Counted from the first letter of the stretch, positions 1 to 12,778 are shown. The stretch is DNA of 64,000 nt from Octopus bimaculoides (GCF_001194135.2 NC_068991.1:10040370-10104369), one strand, 5' to 3'. Notes: generated by a model from the letters alone, not told the origin. Numbers and translations: made by a program.

Positions 1-100
1 GAGAGAGAGAAAAAGAGAGAAAGGGAGAGAGAGAAAGCAAGAAAGAAAGAGGTAGATGGAGAGAAGAGAGAAAGAGCGAGAGAGAGAGAGAGAGAGAGAG

Positions 101-460
101 AGCTTCTGGGTTTTGCAGTGCAAGATTCACCAAGTCTAAAAGGGCTCCGGCTTTCAACATCCATAGATTCTTTAAGTGTGTGATATAATGGCCAGGCGAG
201 GTAACTCTCTTTGAATCCCATCGAAGCGACTAAATACCCGATGGGATGAAACGTGAGTTACATGGATTGGTGATGGCTACCAACGTGGGTTTAAACCAGC
301 TGCTTTGAATGACTGCATCTCAAAAATGTGTTCTGAGGCTTACAGAGAAATGTACATTTCATTTGCTTTAAGTTTATGTGTCTGGTAATAAATACATTCT
401 GTGTGTGCGTGTGTGTGTATGTATGTATGTCCATGTTCGCGTGCGTGCGCGCGCGTATAT

Positions 461-513
<53 letters not shown>

Positions 514-830
514 NNNNNNNNNNCACACACACAATGTATTTATTACCAGACACATAAACTTAAAGCAAATGAAATGTACATTTCTCTGTAAGCCTCAGAA
601 AACATTTTTGAGATGCAGTCATTCAAAGCAGCTGGTTTAAACCCACGTGGTAGCCATCACCAATCCATGTTACTCACGTTTCATCCCATCGGCTATTTAG
701 TCGCTTCGATGGGATTCAAAGAGAGTTATCTCGCCTGGCCATTATATCACACTCGTAAAGAATCTATGGATGTTAAAAGCCGGAGCCCTTTTAGACTTGG
801 CGAATCTTGCACTGCAAAACCCAGAAGCTC
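101..830. repeat. Large inverted repeat / fold-back (arms 101-398 and 533-830)
   Basis: The right arm is the reverse complement of the left arm, with about 9 differences in ~297 bp by manual alignment. (GA)n/(TC)n lie outside the arms and (TG)n/(CA)n inside. A 9-N gap (514-522) sits in the loop. Confidence 0.9.
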
Positions 831-1847
831 TCTCTCTCNNNNNNNNNNNNNNNNNNNNNNNNNNNNNNNNNNNNNNNNNNNNNNNNNNNNNNNNNNNNNN
901 NNNNNNNNNNNNNNNNNNNNNNNNNNNNNNNNNNNNNNNNNNNNNNNNNNNNNNNNNNNNNNNNNNNNNNNNNNNNNNNNNNNNNNNNNNNNNNNNNNNN
1001 NNNNNNNNNNNNNNNNNNNNNNNNNNNNNNNNNNNNNNNNNNNNNNNNNNNNNNNNNNNNNNNNNNNNNNNNNNNNNNNNNNNNNNNNNNNNNNNNNNNN
1101 NNNNNNNNNNNNNNNNNNNNNNNNNNNNNNNNNNNNNNNNNNNNNNNNNNNNNNNNNNNNNNNNNNNNNNNNNNNNNNNNNNNNNNNNNNNNNNNNNNNN
1201 NNNNNNNNNNNNNNNNNNNNNNNNNNNNNNNNNNNNNNNNNNNNNNNNNNNNNNNNNNNNNNNNNNNNNNNNNNNNNNNNNNNNNNNNNNNNNNNNNNNN
1301 NNNNNNNNNNNNNNNNNNNNNNNNNNNNNNNNNNNNNNNNNNNNNNNNNNNNNNNNNNNNNNNNNNNNNNNNNNNNNNNNNNNNNNNNNNNNNNNNNNNN
1401 NNNNNNNNNNNNNNNNNNNNNNNNNNNNNNNNNNNNNNNNNNNNNNNNNNNNNNNNNNNNNNNNNNNNNNNNNNNNNNNNNNNNNNNNNNNNNNNNNNNN
1501 NNNNNNNNNNNNNNNNNNNNNNNNNNNNNNNNNAGATAGAGCAAGAGAGAGAGAGAGAGAAAGAGATAGAGCAAGAGAGAGAGAGAGAGAAAGAGATAGA
1601 GCAAGAGAGAGAGAGAGAAAGAGATAGAGCAAGAGAGAGAGATAGAGAAAGAGAGGGAGAGAGAGAGGAAGAGAGAAGAGAGAGACAGAGAGATAGGGAG
1701 AGAGACAGACAGAGAACGAGAGAGAGAGACAGACAGAGAATGGAAGGGAGGAGGAAAAACAGAGCGATTGTAAGAGTGAGTGAGATTGAGAGAAATAAAG
1801 AGAGAGGGAGAGTCAGAGAGAGGGAGATAGAGAGAGAGGGAGAGAGA

Positions 1848-2244
1848 GGAGTGGCTGTGTGGTAAGTAGCTTGCTTACCAACCACATGGTTCTGGGTTCA
1901 GTCCCACTGCGTGGCACCTTGGGCAAGTGTCTTCTGCTATAGCCTCGGGCCGACCAAAACCTTGTGAGTGGATTTGGTAGACGGAAACTGAAAGAAGCCC
2001 GTCGTATATATGTATATATATGTATGTATGTGTGTGTGTTTGTGTGTCTGTGTTTGTCCCCCTAGCATTGCTTCACAACCGATGCTGGTGTGCTTATGTC
2101 CCCGTCACTTAACGGTACGGCAAAAGAGACCGATAGAATAAGTACTAGGCTTACAAAGAATAAGTCCCGGGGGTCGATTTGCTCGACTAAAGGCGGTGCT
2201 CCAGCATGGCCGCAGTCAAATGACTGAAACAAGTAAAAGAGTAA
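1848..2244 (+). mobile_element. tRNA-derived SINE, family A (full length, internal microsatellite)
   Basis: Head GAGTGGCTGTGTGGTAAG...GGTTCAGTCCC (pol III A/B-box-like), then CCTTGGGCAAGT (CORE-like), an internal (TA)/(TG) tract and a 3' half ending GACTGAAACAAGTAAAAGAGTA. Repeated many times in the window. Confidence 0.85.
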
Positions 2245-2489
2245 TACATCGTTTGTACACAGGTGGAATTAGACAAATGTAAATCAATGCCTCATTCAAC
2301 TGAAATATCTTGGTAAGACTATCATAGGGACAAGAATGGTTAGATGGTAAGAAACTCGCTTCCTAACCACATATGGCTCTGGGTTCAGTTTCACTGTGTG
2401 GCATCTTGGACAAGTGTCTTCTATTATAGCTTCAGGTTGGGCAAAGCCTTTTGAGTGGATTTGGTAGATGGAAACTGAAAGAAGCCCTT

Positions 2490-2537
<48 letters not shown>

Positions 2538-3017
2538 CATGTGTGTGTGTGTGTGTGTGTTTGTAAAAGGACGATTATGGGCATTTACTGTAATATTTGG
2601 TGAGTTGATTCTTAAGCATACATTAATAAAGACATATATATTCTTTTCTACTCTAGGCACAAGGCCTGAAATTTTTGGGGAGGTGGCTAGTCGATTAGAT
2701 TGACCCAGTACGCAACTGGTACTTAATTTATCGACACTGAAAGGATGAAAGGCAAAGTCGACCTTGGCGAAATTTGAACTCAGAAAGTCAAATATACATT
2801 GCAAGTGTTACTGCCATAATAAATTGCTCCCAGTACATGCTATAGAGTGGTTGGTGTTAGGAGGGGCATCCAGCCACTGGAACCATGCCGAAAATTAAAT
2901 GAACAAGTAAGGCATGGTCATCTGAGTCATCTAAGAGGGCAGTAAGTCTAAATAAGAACTGACACAAACCACATTAACTTGTCCAACCATACCAACATGG
3001 AAAGAAAATGTATAAAA

Positions 3018-3050
<33 letters not shown>

Positions 3051-3420
3051 GTTCCAAGCATATTTTTGTGTAGAAACCATTATTTTCACGCTGATAGTAT
3101 CCTTGAATAATTTCTCAGAAATGATTTATTCCATAGAATGTTACTTTTCATACTTATTCTTGTACATTCACTCAGTCAAGTAATCCAATGACAGCACCCC
3201 CCCTCCCCCACCAAATATTTATGGCCTTGTACCAATGTTAGATATTAGATGGTGTTTCTAAGTAATTTCTCTCAGTAATTTATCCTGTAAAATATGCTAA
3301 ATATCTATATCTCACCATGTACGGTATTGTACAACTGCTGAGTAATTCTCCCGTCTCTACTTTGGCTAGTACAACAGTGAAATGCATGTTTAGCTGAAGT
3401 GGTCTAATGAGACTGAAATA

Positions 3421-3830
3421 TCATCATCAAGATAATCATCATCATCATTTAACGTCCACTTTCCATGCTGGCATGGGTTGGATGGTTTGACTGGAACAGG
3501 TGAACTGAAAAGCCGTACCAGGTTCCAGTCTGATTTGGTATGGTTTTTATGGCTGGATGCCTTTCCCAATGCCAACCACTCTGAGAGTGTAACTGGTGCT
3601 TTTCACATGCCACTGGCACGGGGTACCATTTATGATACCGGTACCAGTAATGGCCATGACTACAATTTCACAGGTGCCATCTACGTGACACTGGCAATGG
3701 TCATAACTACAGTTTCACTTGACTTGACCAGTCTTCTCATGCACAGCATGTCACCAAGGTCTCGGTCACTTGCCATTGTTTCCATGAGGCTCAACATTTG
3801 AAGATCATACTTCATCATCTTTTCCCTCAC
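3421..3830 (-). mobile_element. 5'-truncated RTE-clade LINE: ORF end, 3' UTR and (GAT)n tail
   Basis: The minus strand encodes a degenerate KYDLQMLSLMETMASDRDL (C-terminal RTE ORF), followed by the UTR block ending ...GTGGACGTTAAATGATGATG. Confidence 0.75.
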
Positions 3831-6062
3831 CACCATGGGGCCCAACATTCAAAGATCATTTCGAAATATGTCCAGAATAAAGAAATTACTGAAGAAGTGG
3901 AGATGTAGTGTCTTGTTAATGCTCTTTGGATAAGATGTACATGGCTATTTGACTCTGTCAGAGTTGTTTGATAACTCAAGAGCCAAAAGGAATTTAGGCA
4001 CAATGCCAAAAGGAAAATTATTACAGAATCTGATTTGTGCAAATATAAACATGTCTGTATTCATTACTTCTAAAAATGCCAAAACAGCAAAACACTGACT
4101 TCTCCGTTTCGATGTTTGTGATGACAATGTAACCCCTGAAGAATATGAAATAAATTATAAATCAACACCATTTAATGTAAATGACATGAGATGTTATTAC
4201 AATCAACAACAAACATTCGTAGTGCTGAGTTCAGGTGTTCCTGTGGGACCTGTACTACTACTATGACAGAAGTAGCTAGAATCTGGACCTTTTACTCTCT
4301 GATTTATCTTCATTAGATCAGAAAGCACTTCAAAAACAAACGAAGGATCATAACGAGTTGAAAGTGGAGTAAAAAAGCAGTTTAATGGAACGAGGTGTAG
4401 AGAGAGGGGGGGGAAGAGAGAGAGAGAGCGAAAAAAGTGTTTGATTCTAAGAACAATTGCTCTTCCCACCATCATACGATAGTTTATCCACAGCACTTAC
4501 CTTCACAACAATAGGAAAACAGCAAGAAAAAGAAAGGAAATTATAAACAGCAACAACAAAAAAAAAAAAAAAGAAAAAGATATACAAAGCAAAAGATGAA
4601 AAATGTTAGAATTATAGATTTCCAATAAAACAGTATTCAAACTGTTTTGCTACGAAGCATGGCTTGAAAGTTGCTTCTCTTAATGGAGAAATAACTACCA
4701 ATGATAATAAAACATAGCTGGTCTCCTGTAATTACAAAGCTGTAGATTTAAAGACTAGAATCTCTGTTGATGGGAGTTACAGTATAATAATATGGTGCTT
4801 TATATGAAGAACTATGAAGTCTCCATGGAAACGGTATTTATGCTGCTCGCAGTTCTAACAACGCATGCTGCTACGTGGGATGGTTTTGCAGACGGTGGCA
4901 CTCACCGTTTGTTCTTCTCCAACCTTCTTAATATGCAAGCGTTATTATCCACACGCAAACTAGACATGCACTGTTTTGACTACATGAACAGAGGCTTAGA
5001 AAAATATTCTTAGAAAATATCCTTCGAAAACATCTAAGGAAAGATTTTCTGGAACATTGTAGCTGTAGGTAAAAACAAACAAACAGACAAACAAGCAAAA
5101 AGAAAACAAAAAAAATGGAAAGGAAGCCCTGAGATGCTCATGGTTAGAACACTCTTGATTACGGATCTGTTTTTTAATCAGGTTTGACTTGGGGGCCTAA
5201 AAAATATCCTTCAACAGGGAACATGACAAACTAGTCATCTTCAATAGAACCAATGCACAGTGACTGCATATCATCATCACTGTCATCATCATCATCACCA
5301 CCACCACTAACACAATCGCCATCACCACCACCATCATCATCATTATCATTTGGTATCTATCTTTCATGCTGGCATGGATTGGATGGTTCATCAAGGTCTG
5401 AATTCTAATTTGGAGTTAATGCCATCCAACCAAATCCTCACTTGCATATTTTGGCTTTTTTTTTTTTTTACAGCCAGACACCCTTCCTTTCACCAACCAT
5501 TTTACAAAGTGTACTGGGTGCATTTTATCATGGCACCAGCACTAAAGAGCTTGTCATGTCTTTAACAAGACTAAAGGATTCTCTCAAACCAATGTCACCT
5601 GAACTCATTCACCAGACACTTCACAGAGCCTACAGTGTTCCTTTTACTGCACCAATGGAGTGTATTGGGTGCATTTTACTGTGAGTATAGTAGGAAACAT
5701 CCTAACACTACACCCTCAATACACAAAGAACACACAGCTAAAGCTCTTATGGTCAGCTCACATTATTCTTTAACCCATTCAATACCAACCCGACTGAAAC
5801 TGCCCCTGGCTCTGTAGTACAAATGTCTTGATTTCATATGTATGTGTATGTGTGTGCTTGTGCATGTATGAATGTATGTACTTGTATGAGTGTGTGTGCA
5901 TGTGTGCATATTCTTGTATATATATATATGTGTGTGCATGCATGAGTATGTATATGTGTGTGCACGTATGCTTGTGTATGTGTGCGAGTGCGTGTATGTT
6001 TGTGCCAGTGTGTGTATGCTTGTGTATGTCTATATGTGCTTGTGTGTGAGTGTCTGTATATA

Positions 6063-6239
6063 TACTCTTTACTCTTTTACTTGTTTCAGTCATTTGACTG
6101 CGGCCATGCTGGAGCACCGCCTTTAGTCAAGCAAATCGGCCCCAGGACTTATTCTTTGGTCTCTTTTGCCGAACTGCTAAGTTACAGGGACCTAAACACA
6201 CCACCATCAGTTGTCAAGCGATGTTGGGGGGACAAACAT

Positions 6240-6270
<31 letters not shown>

Positions 6271-6435
6271 CATATATACGACAGGCTTCTTTCAGTTTCC
6301 ATCTACCAAATCCACTCACAAGGCTTTGGTCGGCCTGAGGCGATAGTAGAAGACACTTGCCCAAGGTGCCACGCAGTGGGAATGAACCCGGAACCGTGTG
6401 GTTGGTAAGCTAGCTACTTACTACACAACCACTCC
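6063..6435 (-). mobile_element. SINE family A (full length)
   Basis: Reverse complement of the 1848-2244 element, including the internal (CA)/(TA) tract. Confidence 0.85.
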
Positions 6436-7585
6436 TTGTGCGTGTGTTGGGGTCTACAGAGTGGGGGTGGGGGATGCCGAGTGTTTCTATGTGTGTCGGT
6501 GAAGGATGAGAGTTAACGGGATGCGTTTACAATGTGGCGGCAGGGCAGGAGGAGCAGTGGATGACATTGGCAGGGAGGGGGGTTACCACATTATAAATTT
6601 GAAACACACACACACACACAAAACAAAATATTAAAAACCAAACATGAAACCAAACCTAAAAATAATTCCACAAGGAATTGGTAAAAATCTTATGTATAGA
6701 CAGAGTTGTTGTCAAGTGGCACCAACAATAAAGAATATGATATGGGCATAAGCACGGCTGTCTTGGCTAAAACGGATATTAAAATCAGATATTCAAAAGT
6801 AAATTAGAAAAGAAAAGAAAAGATAACAAAAATGTTACCCAAAATTTCATATTGACAAGATTTTGTCTCAAATTGGAGATGCTTTTAATATAACGCATAT
6901 GCAAATTGGCAAAATCGTCCCAGAAAGATATATTTCTGCAGAGAAATACAAGACAGTTGCTGCATTTCTCAAGATGTTACAGACAGCAAGGAAAAGGAAT
7001 GGTAAAAGAGAGATAGAGACAGAGAGGTGGAGGGAAAGAGAAAGAGTAGGAGGGAGGTGAGGAGAAAGAAGGAAGAGATGGGGAGAGAGAGAGGGAGAAG
7101 TGAAGGGAAAGAGAAAGAGTGGGAGGGAAGAAGGGAGAGCGAGAGAGAGAGAGAGAAATGAGGAGAGGTGGAGGTAAAGAGAGAAAGGATGGGAGGGAAG
7201 AAGGAAGGGAGAGAATGAAAGAGAGAGAGAGGTAGGTGGGAGGGAAGCAGAAGGAAGAGAAACAGACAGAGAGAGAGAGAGAGAGAGAGAGAATGGTTAT
7301 TGAAAGATGGAATATGAAGAAGCAATAAGTTCCTGTTTGTAGAATTACTTGCATTAATCATAACAGAAATTAAATATCTCTAAGATTCTGCAAACACCAT
7401 TATTATTACTACTACTGCTACTACCATAGTTGTTCTTTTTGTTATTGTTGATGTTAGCATTATTATTATTGTTGTTGTTATGATTATTATTATTGTTCTT
7501 GTTTGTACTGCGTTATTATTATTATTATTATTATTATTCTTGTTAGTATTGCTGTTATTACTTTTATCATTATTATTATTATTCT

Positions 7586-8135
7586 GCGGAGGTCAACTTT
7601 GCCTTTCATCCTTTCGGGGGTCGATTAAATAAGTACCAGTTACGCACGGGGGGTGGGGGGTTATCGATGTAATCGACTTAATCCCTTCCCCCAAATTTGA
7701 GGCCTTGTGCTTCCAGTTCAAATTCTGTCGAGGCCCACCTTGCCTTTCATCCTTTCGGGGTCGATAAATCAAGTACCAGTTACGCACAGGGCTCGATGTA
7801 ATTGACTTAAATCCCTTCCCCCAAATTTGAGGCCTTGTGCTTCCAGTTCAAATTCCGCCGAGGTCGAATCTGCCTTTCATCCTTTCGGGGGTCGATTAAA
7901 TAANNNNNNNNNNNNNNNNNNNNNNNNNNNNNNNNNNNNNNNNNNNNNNNNNNNNNNNNNNNNNNNNNNNNNNNNNNNNTGACTTAAATCCCTTCCCTCA
8001 AATTTGAGGCCTTGTGCTTCCAATTCAAATTCCGCCGAGGTCGACTTTGCCTTTCATCCTTTCGGGGTCGATCTAACTGACTGCTCCCCCAACTCCCCCA
8101 AAATTTCAAGCCTTGTGCCTAGAGTAGAAAAGATT
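7586..8135 (+). repeat. Head-to-tail tandem array of about 4 family B SINE bodies (~130-bp unit)
   Basis: The unit GAGGTC...GCCTTTCATCCTTTCGGGG...GGCCTTGTGCTTCCAGTTCAAATTCC recurs at ~7589, 7730, 7860 and 8037. An N-gap lies at 7904-7979. Confidence 0.85.
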
Positions 8136-8158
8136 ATTATTATTATTGAGTGAGATTA

Positions 8159-8189
<31 letters not shown>

Positions 8190-9444
8190 CAGCATTATCA
8201 TTATTATTATTATTATTTAAATCATTTTATTCCATGATAATCTCCACACTTTATGTCCATCATCATCATCGTCGTCAGCAGCATAAAAAATATAAAAGGT
8301 GGATGGATTTGTAAATAAAGATTATGTCTGCGGCTGTTTCAGATTTCTTTCAATTTCTACTTAACACACACTTGGTAAATATTAAATGAGACAATAATAT
8401 ATAAACAAATGTAGAAATGTCCAATATGAAATAGTAACTTGTGAGAGAGAGGGAGAGTGCGAGAAAGAGAGAGAGAGGGGAGAGTGTGAGAAAGAGAGAG
8501 AAAGAAAGGGAAAGTGTTAGAAAGAGAGAAAGGGAGTGTGTGAGAAAGAGAGAGAAAGAGAGAGACAGAAAAGAGAGAGAAGAGGGTATGAGAAAGGGTG
8601 TGAGAGTGATAGAGAATGAGATGAAAAAATGAGAAGGAATAGAGAGAGGGGGAAGAGAGAGAAGAAGGGTGTGAGAAGGAGAAAGAGAGAGAGAAAGAGA
8701 AGGTGAGACAAACAGAGCCAGAAAGAGAGAGAGAAAGAGAAGGTGAGACAAACAGAGCCAGAAAGAGAGAGAGAGAAAGAGAAGGTGAGACAAACAGAGC
8801 CAGAAAGAGAGTGTGAGAGGATACAAAAGTGAGAAATAAAGAGCATAAAGGAAGAGGGAGAGAGAGAGAGAGGGAGAAAGTGAGAGAGAGAGAATAAGAA
8901 AGAGCCATAGGAGGTTGCTACAGAGAGAGAAAGAGATAGTCAGAGGTTGAGAGAGAGAGAGAGAGAGAGAATAAAAGAATAAGTGAAAAGAGAGAAGGAA
9001 AGAGTAAGAAAGAAAGAAAGAGAGAGAGAGAAAGTGTGTCGATCAAAAGAAAAATAAGATAAAGAATAAAAAGAACGGTGAATCCTGAGTCAATAAATGT
9101 TGAGATTGTGCAAGGAAATAAAAATGACTTGAATTGAAGACTTGGAAAAGTTAAGTTTCCGCCAGTCTCGCTGCTGTTGTTTGTGTTCTGTTTTTGTTGT
9201 TGTTGTTGTTGTTGTTGTAGATGTTGGTGCTTCCTCTCCGTCGCCACTCCAACACCTACCCACCTACCCTTCCTTTCAAGAATACCAGGCTGTCGTCTTG
9301 TGTGTAATCTATCCGTCACAACAATTGATCAGCCTTTCTCTGTCTCTTATCTCTCTCTCTCTCTCTCTCTTGCTGTCTCTTATCTCTCTCTACCTCACTC
9401 TCTCTATCTTAGTCTTTCTCTTTCATATACACTCAATCAACAAC

Positions 9445-9478
<34 letters not shown>

Positions 9479-9554
9479 AATTTAGTTATGAATAAACTCA
9501 ACTTCATTTATGAAGTACATTTTTTTTTATCTTGTGTACATCCGTACAAGCATT

Positions 9555-9590
<36 letters not shown>

Positions 9591-9917
9591 CAAATATATA
9601 AATATATATATATATATATGTTAATATATAAATATATATATATCATCATCATCAACGGATGTTAAATGAGGAATATATATATATTATATATATATATGTA
9701 TGAAAGGATGTATACATATAATATATATTGTATTATATATATATATATATATATATATATTTTATTCGGTCTCTGTTTATTTCCTCGAGTTCCTTTCTGT
9801 TGAAGAATGTAGGCTCAAAACGTAAAAGACTTTCTCACCTTCCCGAATGTTAAACTAAAACACCTGTTTGTTGTTTATACAGCTGTCTTCATCTTTTGTT
9901 TTTCTGTAAATTTCAAC

Positions 9918-9963
<46 letters not shown>

Positions 9964-10001
9964 NNNNNNNNNNNNNNNNNNNNNNNNNNNNNNNNNNNNN
10001 N

Positions 10002-10363
10002 GTGATGGCACCTGTGCCCAGCGTCGTCTTTCTGGCACTTGTGCCCATAGCATGTGTAAGGACTTTCGAGCGAGATCGTTGCCAGTGCCCCTTGACTGGC
10101 TCTTGTGCGGGTGGCACGTAAAATACACCATTTTGAGCGTGGCCGTTGCCAGTACCGCCTGACTGGCCTTCGTGCCTGTGGCACGTAAAAGCACCCACTA
10201 CACTCTCGGAGTGGTTGGCGTTAGGAAGGGCATCCAGCTGTAGAAACTCTGCCAAATCAGATTGGAACCTGGTGTAGCCATCTGGTTCACCAGTCCTCAG
10301 TCAAATCGTCCAACCCATGCTAGCATGGAAAGCGGACGTTAAACGACAATGATGATGATGATG
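10002..10363 (+). mobile_element. RTE LINE 3' UTR with (GAT)n tail
   Basis: AAAAGCACCCACTACACTCTCGGAG...GCATGGAAAGCGGACGTTAAACGAC followed by a (GAT)n tail. Similar copies lie at ~18520-18615, 27300-27480, 36210-36425, 51112-51283, 52850-53010 and 63780-64000 (all -) and at 53520-53720 (+). Confidence 0.8.
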
Positions 10364-10689
10364 ACATATATACATACATATATATATATATATGGCCACA
10401 GCTCTAAGCTGAAACTATAAATAAAAAAAAATTAAAAAAATATAGCTGTCCATTCATGCACTGACTATTAACAGAACTGTGCTTTTGATAGTGGCTCAAT
10501 GTGTTAGAGGAAACAAGCTTCTTACCACACAGCTACACTTGTCCTCACTTAAATTCGACATGCAAATTGTTATGTTTTTAAAAAAATAAACACTCATGGT
10601 GTTCTTTATTTGTTGAACCCCCCCCCCCATTTGTGGCATTCAATAGCATTTCTTTCTCAGTCAACTTCACTTATTTTAAATGGATTAAA

Positions 10690-11160
10690 CAAATCTTCTC
10701 TCACACATCATTTCACCACATGTTGCATTCCTTTGCCATTTCTTCCACAAACTTCAATCCCTTCAGATCTACTTTTACCACTTCTGCCCCATGATTTTCT
10801 AGTTCTTCATCCACAGGTTCCTTCCATTTAGATATCTAGGCACTTCTTTATTTATTTGCCATTAACCAAATATATTACATGTTCATACAATTGCAGATAT
10901 TTTTTTCCCCTTCTACACTGGAGTTGATCCCTCTTGTATCCAGTCATCTATTTTTACTCAAATTTATTTGTACTTCGCCATTCATGTACACAAACATTGT
11001 ACATTATACATTCATTGAAGCACACTCACTTTATTTCTCTCTAAGCCTTTACACATCTTCTACATTCAATTCTCATGTTTCTCAATCATTCACCATCACA
11101 CTTTGTATGTAAGCATCCTGCAATTCACTCTTCACTTAAAGAGAGAAGCCTTTTGTTGCC
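10690..11160 (-). mobile_element. Highly degraded RTE LINE 3' coding remnant
   Basis: The minus strand gives KCLDI*MEGTCG*RTRKSW, matching the VEGTCGRGRPRKT motif of the better copy at 42793-42880. Confidence 0.5.
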
Positions 11161-11248
11161 AGCAGAGATAATGGCTCCCTGAACTTTTTCTAACTTGTCC
11201 TTACACCTGCAACTCAGTTTTTCAAAGAATCCACCTCCGTTGTTAATC

Positions 11249-11612
11249 GAGTGGCTGTGTGGTAAGTAGCTTGCTTACCAACCACATGGTTCTGGGTTCA
11301 GTCCCACTGTGTGGCACCTCGGGCAAGTGTCTTCAACTATAGCCTTGGGCCGACCAAAGCCTTGTGAGTGGATTTGGTAGACGGAAACTGAAAAGAAGCT
11401 CGTCGTATATACGTATGTATATGTATGTGTGTGTGTATGTTTGTGTGTCTGTGTTTGTCCCCCCAACATTGCTTGACAACCGATGCTGGTGTGTTTACGT
11501 CCCTGTAACTTAGCGGTTCGGCAAAAGCGACCGATAGAATAAGTACTAGGCTTCCAAAGAATAAGTCCTGGGGTCGATTTACTCGACTAAAGCCGGTGCT
11601 CCAGCATGGCCG
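11249..11612 (+). mobile_element. SINE family A (near full length)
   Basis: Aligns with 1848-2244 over both the head and the 3' half. Confidence 0.85.
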
Positions 11613-11892
11613 CAACAACAACAACAACAACAATCCTTTCTATTATCGGTACAAAGCTTGAAATTTTGGGGCAGGCAATGAGTTGATTGCATTGGTTCCA
11701 GTGCATCACTGGTATTTATTTTATCGACTCCAGAAGGAGGAAAGGCAAAGTTGACCTTGGCAGAATTTGAACTCAGAACATAAAGACCGACGAAATGTCA
11801 CTAAACATTTCGCCTGGCTGCCAGTTCACCATCTTAATAATAATGATAATAATAATAATAATAATAATGATAATAATAATAATAATAATAAT

Positions 11893-12268
11893 GACAAAGA
11901 AAACAAACTATGTTGGATCATAGACAATAGCATGCCTAGCTGACAACAAGGTATGTGATAAGGAAGAAAGAAAAGTCGAGAGATATGACAGGTTAGCTTG
12001 GGAAGTTAAGCAGTTGTGGTCGAGGAAAAAAGGTAGCAGTAGTACCAAGAATTGTCGGAGCCCTGGGAAGAGTGAGCAAAAATCTCGAGAAGTACGTTGA
12101 ACAAATAGGGGCTGCAATAAGGGTGGAGCACTTGCAGAAAACAGCACTGCTTGGAACCATTGGAATACTCCGGAAGGTGCTCGAAAAATAAGAGGTGTTA
12201 CTTTAGTTCACTGAAAGTGAACAGCTGACACTGTAGTACATCTCTAGCATTAGAAGCTGTGCAAAGGC
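11893..12268 (+). mobile_element. 5'-truncated R4/Dong-like non-LTR retrotransposon (restriction-like endonuclease C-terminus)
   Basis: With two frameshifts the sequence reads DKENKLCWIID/IACLADNKVCDKEERKVERYDRLAWEVKQLWSRK/KVAVVPRIVGALGRVSKNLEKYVEQIGAAIRVEHLQKTALLGTIGILRKVLEK* (stop at 12189-12191), then ~77 bp of UTR. Flanked by (AAT)n on both sides. Confidence 0.8.
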
Positions 12269-12470
12269 AATAATAATGACAATAATGGTTTAAAATTTTG
12301 GCACAAGGCCAGCAATTTCGGGGGAGGAGGAGGTAAGTTGATTACATTGACCGCCACCGCTCAACTGGTTCTTATTTTATTGGCTGTGAAAGGATGAAAG
12401 GCAAAGTTGATCTTGGCAGAATTTGAATTCAGAACATAAAAAAAGACAAAATGCCAGCTCACTGCCTTAA

Positions 12471-12778
12471 CCCTCTCATCACCGTATTTCTGTTGAGATT
12501 CTCTGTGTTTCTTTCAATTAATTTTAAACATAACAAAAAAAAAAATATAGTAAAATAACTTAGTTGTCATTAAGCTAGTGTTAGGAATATAAATTGTGAC
12601 TATGGTTTGGTGGAAGATTTTAATTCAGAACTTTTGAAAACAAGACATTTGTAGCTTCAAGATTTCAAAGTATGTCATTGTTTATTTTAAGAATGACATC
12701 GTAGGCTAGGTATGAAAGGCTGGATCTAACTGATTTGAACATAAGACAGGTAGAATAATTAGGTCGGGTATGATTGGT
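12471..12778. mobile_element. piggyBac-like MITE, copy 1 (longer variant)
   Basis: TTAA|CCCTCTCATCACC at the left end. The internal sequence matches copies 2 and 3. The degenerate right end GGTATGATTGGT abuts the TTAA shared with copy 2. Confidence 0.6.

Noticed and set aside
202-281. Hammerhead ribozyme call
   Set aside because: The CUGANGA core and stem III/cleavage triplet are missing; only GAAAC and one hairpin are present.
613-1885. Long ORFs of 285-364 aa in the track
   Set aside because: They consist of N-run (X) and (GA)n translation. The same applies to the ORFs at 33626-34804, 36863-37822, 45180-45807, 48287-48849, 49132-49952, 57294-57963 and 60399-61154.
1848-1920. tRNA genes at SINE heads
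   Set aside because: The A/B-box-like motifs run into SINE bodies and do not fold into a complete cloverleaf.
3316-3412. Minus-strand AG...GT segment (LIRPLQLNMHFTVVLAKVETGELLSSCTIPYM) as the next dynein exon
   Set aside because: The phase is incompatible with the phase-0 donor at 13309 and it has no similarity to the expected dynein sequence.
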